Of a stretch of 64,000 bases of DNA, positions 55,480 through 64,000 are shown piece after piece. Origin of the DNA: Camelus ferus (Eukaryota); the NCBI RefSeq assembly GCF_009834535.1, contig NC_045710.1, positions 18,786,001 to 18,850,000 of the forward strand. Reading direction: 5' to 3'. A model generated the notes under the pieces. It ran no database searches. It was not told the DNA's origin and saw nothing but the letters and a program-made list of their open reading frames with translations. Both the position numbers and the translations under genes were made by a program. How positions within the stretch are numbered: position 1 is the first letter of the stretch; every line of letters begins with the position of its first letter.

Positions 55480-57850
55480 AAAAGAGTTCTTTAGTGTCCT
55501 GCCAGCAATCTTCCAGCAGGATGAGGTAGGTGGAAGCCTATGAGAGAGTTAAGGAATATCCTACTACATTAAGAGACCGTTTCCACATTGAAGAATGGAC
55601 TAAAAAAATGGTCATGAATCTTCATTTTCTTCAAACCCAGGAAATCAGCTGTGCAACCACAATCCAAAGAAAACTGATAGATACACAAAGCACTGATTAC
55701 CAAACCAAAAACCCAAGCAACGCAGAACTCTGCAAAGGCCCAGTTTGGGTCCACAATAGTCTACTTGTCTGTAATAAAAGGGGAGAAAGCTCAGATTCTG
55801 AAAGGAACACCCCCACAGGTCTATAAAGGATAAAGAATTTATCAACTTCAGTGGGAAAACGAGCTAATACAAATACCACAAGAAATATACAAATTAAAGT
55901 TCCTAACTCTCTCTCTTGAATAAGCTACAGTCTAAGCAGATTATAAACTATAACAACAGCCAACCCTCTAATTCAGGTGCTAAGGATATAATGAAACATC
56001 ATGTGCTAAAGACAAAACATAACAATACCAAAGTAAACAGTGGTCACTGAGAATCCACCTACATTGTTCTTCCATAAATAGCAAGCCCTGAGAGAACTAC
56101 TCCATTCAAAATTAGTAATAAGCAAAAAGGATCCAAAGGGACCTATGTATAGTTACTATAGAAAGAATAAAAAGGATATAAACAAATGAAAGAAGATGAA
56201 AAATCCTCTTTCAAAGAAATACTCCAGAAAACAAGAAATTTTCCAAGAAAAACTTCTGTATTTTCAAAAAGGCCAAAGAGACTATGGAACCCAAGAAATG
56301 AGAGATCAAAGAAGAGATAAAACAATGGCAAGGTAAAAAGTGAGCTGGCAGTCATAAGGGAAAAAAAACGAATAAAGGAATAAAATCGAAATGAAAACCA
56401 GAGGAGAGGCAAAATGTTGAAACTATACTACTTAAAACAGATCAGTGATATGAAAGATGTGTTTGAGAAAAACCACACAGATTGCAAAGAGAGAAAATAA
56501 GGTGATTAGTGAGAATATGATACAGATGGAAAAGAGAAAGTGGGGAGACAAAGAACAGAGAAGAAAAATGGGAACAGGAAAAAAATGTTCAAAAACCTAA
56601 CAAAAGAAAACTTCCTAAAATGAAAAACAGAATACATACTTTCCTGAAATAAAGGAAGACCTCAGACTATAGATCAAAAGGGCTTATGATGTAAAAGGAA
56701 ACAAAAATCAATAAAGAATCATTAAGACCAAGAAATATCTGAGTGAAGATACTAAATTTCTCCCACAAAAGGGGAAAAAAAAATCAGTTCAGCCTCAGAA
56801 TTCTCAGAAACATTTGATGCCAAAAGATAAAGAAACACTGAGGATCAAGAGAATTCTTTACTTAACTGTCATTCATGTAAAGACACGATGACATTGTCAA
56901 TATGCAAGTTGCTAGGAATTACAAGACTTAAGCCCACTTACTTAAATAAAAGTCCACTTGAAAACCTAATTTAGTCAATGAAAGATAAATCAATATAAAG
57001 AAGTTCCCAATGAAGAAACTGTAGTATTAAAAGACTTGTAGTAAGGATTTAACCCAGTGATACAACATTTGAGTTTAAATAACTGTGGGTACAACAGATA
57101 TAAAACAGATTCTAACCAAAAAATTTCAATGCTCCACAATGTAAAAATGCCAATATTCTGACTGTAGTAGATTAGGGCAAAAGAAGTATTCTAATATCAC
57201 TTCTAAGGTTGACAAATTGAAAAATATAGGCTTATTAATACCATTTAGGGGTTTAATAGAACTAAAAACAGTAATACTATATTGCTTCCAAAACATCCAG
57301 TAAAATAATAACCAGAAGGAATTTTTTTAAAGACCACATAACAAAAGATCGAAAATAAAGGAAATACACAGATAAAAGAACAAGGGGGAAAAAACCCACA
57401 AGGTGACAGAAACAAGATAAAACATGCATTATAACAATAACCATATCAGATAAACTCATCCATTAACAGAAAGAATAAAGAGTTGGATTGGTTTAAAAAG
57501 CCAAACAATTATGTGGTTTTTAAGAGATGTCTAAAACAAAGGAACTCAAAAAGCTGAAAGAAAAATGATGAATTAAAATGTATAGCGTAAATGTAAACAA
57601 AAAGAAAAGAGGAGTTTTTATAGTAATAGCAGAGTTGAATTCAGGGGAAAAGTATTAAATGGGACAAAAAGGGAGTACCTTATAATGAATAAAACTTCAA
57701 ATCCTATAAAAGATATAAATATATGCCATGAACCTTTAAACATTAAATAACATACCATCAAATATGCAAAGCAAAATATTCAGGAAATATAAGACCTAAT
57801 CATTCTTTCAATCATTGAGAGATAAGTAGATAAGGACAGAGAAGATGTGA
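55480..57850 (+). mobile_element. Ancient L1 ORF1 and ORF2 endonuclease-region remnant
   Basis: A-rich degenerate ORF1 (AAAGAAAACTTCC...GAAATAAAGGAAGACCTCAGACTATAGATCAAAAGGGC) and EN-like segment (GAATTCAGGGGAAAAG...GGGACAAAAAGGGAGTACCTTATAATG). Confidence 0.65.
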
Positions 57851-57869
57851 ATGATTGTTGACCTCCATA

Positions 57870-58620
57870 TTGGTCACAGTTCAGTTGCACAGAACAGAAT
57901 CTTCTCTAGCCAGCTCAAGCCAAAAGGGATTTATTACAAGGTAGCAAATGGTTCACATCAGTGGTTCTCAAGTATGGTCCCAGAACTGGCAGCATCAGTA
58001 TCACTTGGAAATTTGTTAAATGCAAACTTCCAGCCCTACCCCAGACCTACTGAATCAGAAACTCTGGGATAGGGCCAGCACTTCGTGTTAGAACAAGCCT
58101 TTCAGATGATTCTGATGCACACTCAGGTTTGAGAATGATCTGCATAGAGGATCACTGGAAGGGTTGGGGGAAAAAGTTTAGGAACAAGTGCTCATCAAAT
58201 TGAGAAGCTGTTTACAGCTGCTGGTTCAAGAACCACATAGCCTCTCCTATGCTGTGATGGGGAGCCGCCAGCTGAATCAAGAAGCCTCTGTAGTAGATGA
58301 TGGCTCCATAAACAAGCTGCCTCTGCAATAATCAGGTGACTAACTGAGACTCTTCTCTGGCTCAGACCCAGAACCATACCCAGAACCATACCACCGCCAC
58401 AATCTGCACCAGGAAAATACATGTCTTCTGGCCTGCCTCCCCTCTAAACTCAGGTCCAAATATGAGTTCCTCAAGAGCATATTTGATTGGCAGGATCTAA
58501 ATCATATTCAGAATCTTGGATAGAAAAATCCCAAGAATGAAATTTCTAGCTTTCTAGGCTCTCAAGTGGAGGTTGCTCATTCTCTCATACTCCACTTACC
58601 ACAGGGTAGAAAGTGGGATC
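57870..58620. mobile_element. MLT1-type LTR interrupted by MER5A
   Basis: GGTCACAGTTCAGTTGC...AGCTCAAGCCAAAAGGGATTTATT start; TTTGATTGGCAG segment downstream of the insert. Confidence 0.55.
57959..58142. mobile_element. MER5A hAT-Charlie MITE
   Basis: CAGTGGTTCTCAAGT...CCCCAGACCTACTGAATCAGAAACTCTGGG...GATTCTGATGCACACTCAGGTTTGAGAA. Confidence 0.85.
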
Positions 58621-58639
58621 AGTGTCTTCTCAATTCCTC

Positions 58640-59640
58640 TCCAGTGCCACTTCTTGACCAATTGTCCTCCCTATCTAGTAAAAACCTTTTTCCTTTGAAG
58701 CTCATAACATTCAGCTAATACTGCTATTCACTCCACTGTGACCCCTGTAGCGTGTCATCATATAAAACCTTTTAATCTCTAAATCACTAAGACATCCACT
58801 ATCTGATCACAACCTCCCATCATTATAGCTAGATTGCTCAACTACTATCACTGTATCTATTCCTCAATTGGATTAATACACCAACCATTGATCTCTTCAA
58901 TCTCTCCCTATGTCAGTCACATCCCACTAGCTTAGACTCCTTTATTTTAATCAGACTCTTGTTCATATTATGACCTTCATTTCTTTTTGCCTTTTTGTTC
59001 CACGGGCATGGCAAAATTCAAGCCCTGAATGAACAAACCACCTGTCTTCTCCATGTGTGCATCTAAGCTGTCGAGTACCAGCAATTACACTTTGTCTCTA
59101 GTTAGCTCCCATACCCTCTTATCCTCCAATGTCTGATCACCTGGTTCTTAGCAGGTGACTTAGCCTGAGATTTCTGAAACAAAAACAAAAAAATATACTT
59201 CAATTTCTTGTCAAGTAACCTAACACTCCCTGCCTCTGAGCCCCTCATCCACTTTCTAAGGCCAAATCTTCCACTTGTGTTCTAGCCCCATGTCCCCTTC
59301 CAGCCCACCCAAGGAAACTGGAGTAGTTTATCCTTTTCCTTTCCATTGGCTCCTTCCAAATAGGATTTAAATACGTTTTTAATTCTCATCTTAACACAAA
59401 TACAATATCCTTCAACCCATATTTCTCCTCCAGCTAATATCCTCCTCCTCCTCACAGTGAAACTATAAGAATTGCCTGCTCTTGATGTTTTAATTACCCT
59501 GCTTCATCCTAACTAGGATATCATTCCCAACTCAATAATTGCTGTCAATCAGTCCAATGGACATTTCTCATTCTCCTTCAACTTGACCTTTCAGCAGAAC
59601 CAAGGCTATTTAGCACTCATTTTTTGAAACATTCTCCTTT
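58640..59640 (+). mobile_element. L2 internal fragments
   Basis: Pyrimidine-rich L2-like sequence (CAAATTCAAGCCCTGAATGAA; CTTGACCTTTCAGCAG); approximate. Confidence 0.55.
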
Positions 59641-59877
59641 CTTGAGAAGCAACTGAAATGCAGTAACTTCCCAGATTTTTACAAAATTTCCTCAATCTTT
59701 TAATGTCTTACATCAATTTGGCAGCTTCTTTGCTTGTTTGCGAACTCACCACTTTTGTCTTTCCAAAGTATTCAATTTAGTTTGCTTTCTTTTTTAGACT
59801 TGTTTTTATAAAATTTTTAGTTGATACAAAATACTAATAAATATATGTAGAATATAGAGAATAACAATAAAATCTGT

Positions 59878-59980
59878 GGCGGTGGGTATAGCTCAATGGT
59901 AGAGTGGGTGCTTAGCACGCACAAGGTCCTGGGTTCAATCCCAGTACTTCCATTAAAAAAACAAAAACAAAAACAAAACA
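59878..59980 (+). mobile_element. tRNA-Ala-derived camelid-type SINE (Vic-1-like)
   Basis: GGCGGTGGGTATAGCTCAATGGTAGAGTGGGTGCTTAGCACGCACAAGGTCCTGGGTTCAATCCCCAGTACTTCCA plus an A-rich tail; A box 59889-59899, B box 59932-59942. Confidence 0.85.
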
Positions 59981-59989
59981 CATTCGTGT

Positions 59990-60680
59990 ATCTGTCATGT
60001 TTCTACTTAGTTTTAATAGAAACAATAACTCTTACATACTCAAATTTCTTTAAAATTTTTCTAAAATAATCATTTGAAGTGAAATTACTATACTGGGTTA
60101 AAGGGTATACATGTTTCAAAATTTGATATTGCCTAAGAGTTCACCAAAATGAAAATCAATTTATACTTCCACTAACTGTAAAAATGGGTTTTACCCATTT
60201 TAATTACCATACACATGTCAATCTTTAATTTTTGCCAATCTGATGGGTGAAAGAATTCTTCCCTGTTGTATTTATTTGCACTGTCCTGATAACAATTGAA
60301 GTTAGCAACTTCTTTTTATATGCTGGACATCTATGTCTCTTATGAATTGCCTGTACACATAAATTGCCCATATTTCTATAGGACAAATTGATCTCTTCCT
60401 CATTGATCTGTGGAGTTATGTTATGTTATTTACATTGCAAATATTTTCTCTCCATATCTATTTTTTTAAAAAACTTTGTTTATAATCTTTCTTGCTAAAC
60501 TTAAGTTGAATTTTATAAGTTAAATTTCTCAATCTTCTCCTTTATGGCTTCTGTTTGTTTTGTGTCTTAAAAAGGCATTTCCTACCCCACTGATACAAAC
60601 ATATCCTCTTTTATTTTCCTCCAATAATTTTTCTAGTTTTGAATCTCACATGTAGCGCTTTAGTCCATCTGGAATTTCCT
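59990..60680 (-). mobile_element. Ancient L1 (L1ME-like) 3' fragment
   Basis: T-rich antisense L1 hallmarks (AATTTATACTTCCACTAAC; TTTTGCCAATCTGATGGGTGAAA; TTGCAAATATTTTCTC). Confidence 0.65.
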
Positions 60681-62095
60681 TCTGATAAGAGATATGAGTA
60701 TTTACGTATTTCATATCTATCGTCCCTGAAAGTTTCATAAGATAGGGATCTTGCCTATCTGATTCACTACTGTTTCCAGAATCTGGTACATGGTAAGTCC
60801 AATAATTAACCTGTGTTGATCGAACAACTTCTCAAGGTAAAAGAATCTCTATAAAGAATCACTTCTCACTGAAGGCAGCAGCAGGGTGTGGTGGTGAATT
60901 TCCATTTATGACTTTACAGCACACGTTCTGCACACAAGTAAAGGATGTTAAGTAAATGTGTACTAGAGTTCATAAAATTTTACATCTGCCCCCCAACTTG
61001 TCTGGTTCTCATGCTGCTCCAAGGCTGCCAGCCTGATCTTCCCAAACAAGGAAAATGACTAGGTAACATTGTTCCTCAAGTACAGAATTACTTTACTATA
61101 CACACACTGTTTGGTCTAATATATCGTTTCCCAAAGTGTTCCTATGGTACAACTGGTGGTATGAAAGATGATTTCTGTGATACAAAAATGAACGATTTTA
61201 TTTGACTAATTGTGTTTTTAACTTGCATTAAAAACTATAATCAGCCCATGAAACCTATGGGTTTGCTGTTGCTTACTTAGATCGAGACTAAAGCACTTAA
61301 ACCTTAAAATTATATGAATTTAAAGAAAATTATTTTTTTTTAAATACTGCAGTTGATAAGAAGTGATGGCAAAAAGGGACGAAGGCATAGGAATGACTTG
61401 AGTTTGTGTAACAATGTGCCGCTGGGGCCAAGACGCTTGGCCATACCCTGCAACCCGTTAACAGAGCTACCACGGAGAGGCTGAAGTCACCACCTCTCAC
61501 TTCACCAACAGAAAGCCAACTTGCCGCGGGATAAAAGGACTAGACAAGGAAACATAACTGGCCCTTGTCTGCGCCAATGGGGTTGCAGCGCGCGGGGCAC
61601 AACCCCCAAGGTTAGAAGAGTCTCAAGGAGGAAGAGACTGGAACATAGCAGAATGAGGAGACTGACCCGCTACCACTCTAGGGGTGACCGTCTGCCCTTC
61701 CTCAGTCCTGGGCTTGGGGGTAGCTTTTACCACCAGCCTGTGAGTGGGGCAAGCCCAGAGTTTTCTAAGGTTGAGGACTACAGTAGGTTCGCAGAGTCCG
61801 AGGGACGCAATGTAGCAGCGCCGGGGCCGGGACACAGGATGCAGTGTTACCGACACCGCGTGGGGAAAGAAGGCAAGACCCGCGGATAGCAGAGATGGGG
61901 GATGCACGGTTGCCAGTGGATTAGGAGGTGGGGAGTATGACGGTTTCCGTAGGCGCTCAGGGACTGGAGGTCGCGATGCTGTGCAGGGGGGGGAAAGCGG
62001 AGTCGGGAGTTGGTTCCCAACATCTTAGTGCTACCAAAAAAAGAAGGGGGAGGAGTAATCGCGGGGCCCCGCACACCCCACTGCGGTACACTCAC

Positions 62096-62240
62096 CCTCA
62101 CCAAAGTCCTTCCGGAAGTCCAAGTTCGAAGATGGCGCCGCCTGTCTGGTCGCCGTTTTATGACGAAATCTGGTAGCTACTCTTCGTTGACGTCCCTCAC
62201 TCCCTCCCACCTCCCTGCCCCCCCCCCCCCCCGCCCTGTG
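62096..62240 (-). promoter_or_regulatory. GTF3C2: GTF3C2 non-coding exon 1 and core promoter in a CpG island (~61500-62720)
   Basis: Tandem donors GTGAGG (62101) and GTGAGT (62095); ETS palindrome CTTCCGGAAG at 62109-62118; YY1 AAGATGGCG at 62129-62137; TGACGTC at 62188-62194; C15 run at 62218-62232. The exon 2 acceptor is at 54577-54578. Confidence 0.7.
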
Positions 62241-64000
62241 CACTAGGTAAATATGTGGGCTCGGTGAGGAGTTTGTGCCCCAGGACGTTTTCTATTAGAC
62301 TGGGTGTTCCACAATGCAGTGCGGCGAGCGTCCTCGAGCCCTTTTGGAGTGGGCGCAGCTCCCGGGCCTTAGTGGCGTCGGGGACGCTGCACGGCCTTAT
62401 GGGAATTGCAGTGTCCTGAAGGGAAGATTGACGCCTGCGCGTTGACGGTCGTCGCGCCCCCAGGGTTCCCACGCGGTCCCTACACCAGCCTCGAGTGTAG
62501 GATCCCAGGCCTGGGTGTTGCTCCCGAGCGCTGACTCCTGGCTTTCTGTCAAGACTACCAGGCCCGTGGCGGGCAGGGCCGGGCTGATGTGAGTCTTTAC
62601 CGGCAACCCCGGCGCCGTCAGAGCCGAAGACAGACTGGGAGACAAAGGAATCCTTGCCTCGGGCAGTCAGAGGACGACTATGGCTTCCGCCACGGAGCAG
62701 CCCCCAGCAGATCCAGCCACTAGTGAAGTCAATGATGAATCCGAGACAGAAACACAATAAAAGGGGGTTTGGAAAGAGGACGGGCAGGGGAAGGAGCAGG
62801 AGTAGAAAAGCCTGGCATGGTGACGCCGTAGGAGAGTTCAGGGTGAATATATACCTGGACACGAAAGGGTTGGGGTAAACCAATCTTTCTCTTCCCAAAT
62901 CTCACCTATGAAATCCCCCTGGTTCCATAAAACTTAAAAGAAAAGCATGGGAAGAGCTAGCTAAGATTTAAAAGCTGGAGCAAAAGGACCCCCATCCCAT
63001 TCTCTTTAAGGGGCCTTTAAAGACAAGCCAAGGCTGTGCTGTGGCTTAGGACCGACTCCTTTGTGAGAGTGCAAAACTGGGCGCTGTTGAGGCTGCAGTT
63101 CCTCTAGTAAATCGTATCTTCAATATTTGTCCTATGGACAGCTGTCAGCTTCAAGCATTTACTTCTGTAATCAACAAATATGACTCCTCTCCACTCTGTT
63201 GCCTCAGATTAGACTATATTTGATGTGAACTATTCCAAAACCTTTTTTGTATTAATACTTGGATTTATTTTTGGAATAAGATACTCACACGGCTCAAAAT
63301 TCAAAAATACAGAGTATGAAGTGAAGACTCCCTTCCACCTGTCTCCAGTCTCCTAGATCACATCCACAAAGGCAATCAGTTTTTTGTTACAGGCCCAAGA
63401 CATTTTCTGTATACACATGCAAATACATGTATATCTTTTCCCCTTTTAATTCAAACAGCAGTTATACACAGTCCTGGACCTTTTAACTGACCATACCTTG
63501 GAGGTTGTTCCGTTTCTGTACATAAAAACCTTACTTTTTGTTATGACTGCTTAGTATGTAATTGCATGGATGTAGCATAATTTAGTTAGTCCCTTGTTAA
63601 TATGAATGGATATTTAGGTGGTTTCCAGTCTTTTGCAATTATAAACAAGGCTGCTATAAATAACCCTGTATCTACCTTACTTCAAATGTGCAACTATATG
63701 GCTAGCATAAATTCCTATATGAATTGCTACACCAAAGTTAGGTGCATTTGTGGTTTTGATTGATAGACAATCTTTTTTTTTTTTTGATCTGTTTCTCTGC
63801 CTCTAATCTCTACCAGTTAAGTTTCTAAAGCACAGAGCTAACCCCACTGAACCTCTGCTTAACTTTGATGATTGAGTGGTAGACTCAATATTAAAAAAAA
63901 AAAAAACTATGAATTCATAATGATCTTTTTAAATAAAGACAGAGAAAGCCAAAAATTCAACTACTCATTATATGCCACTGGAAGTAACCACTGATCAATT

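Noticed and set aside
58369-58392. 12-nt tandem duplication CAGAACCATACC x2
   Set aside because: Isolated micro-duplication inside an LTR remnant; not an array.
59882-59952. Possible genuine tRNA-Ala(AGC) gene
   Set aside because: Has a 5' extension, an A-rich retroposon tail instead of an adjacent T-run, and acceptor/anticodon stem mismatches; a sibling copy with a TSD exists at 46451-46593. Annotated as a SINE.
62731-62738. snoRNA C-box-like ATGATGA
   Set aside because: No D box (CTGA) with a terminal stem at suitable distance, and not in a spliced host intron on that strand.
62197-62898. 233-aa - strand ORF and neighbouring ORFs over the GTF3C2 promoter
   Set aside because: CpG-island ORFs with low-complexity composition, upstream of the inferred TSS, with no domain similarity.

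Overview
Mammalian genomic DNA, probably a camelid (inferred from two tRNA-Ala-derived SINEs of the camelid Vic-1 type). The gene order matches the conserved block known from human 2p23.3: DNAJC5G (+), TRIM54/MuRF3 (+), UCN (-), MPV17 (-), GTF3C2 (-). All five genes were reconstructed exon by exon with GT-AG boundaries and continuous frames: DNAJC5G 171 aa, TRIM54 ~365 aa, UCN 126 aa, MPV17 176 aa, GTF3C2 911 aa. Two coding segments (TRIM54 exon 1 and GTF3C2 exon 8) are partly hidden in assembly N-gaps. The rest is introns and intergenic DNA rich in ancient repeats (L1, L2, L3/CR1, MIR, MaLR/ERVL LTRs, hAT MITEs). I found no convincing undescribed multi-gene system. The most interesting observations are: (i) an unusually long stop-free frame across DNAJC5G introns, with an in-frame signal-peptide-like N-terminal extension; (ii) a SINE in GTF3C2 intron 1 that keeps a tRNA-Ala cloverleaf with G3:U70/A73 and intact TFIIIC A/B boxes; (iii) an RE1-like element between the UCN TATA box and CRE; (iv) a perfect DR5 element in the DNAJC5G 3' UTR; (v) two candidate antisense micro-ORFs. 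Comparisons with human/mouse proteins and repeat-family names are from recall and were not verified by database search; repeat boundaries are approximate.
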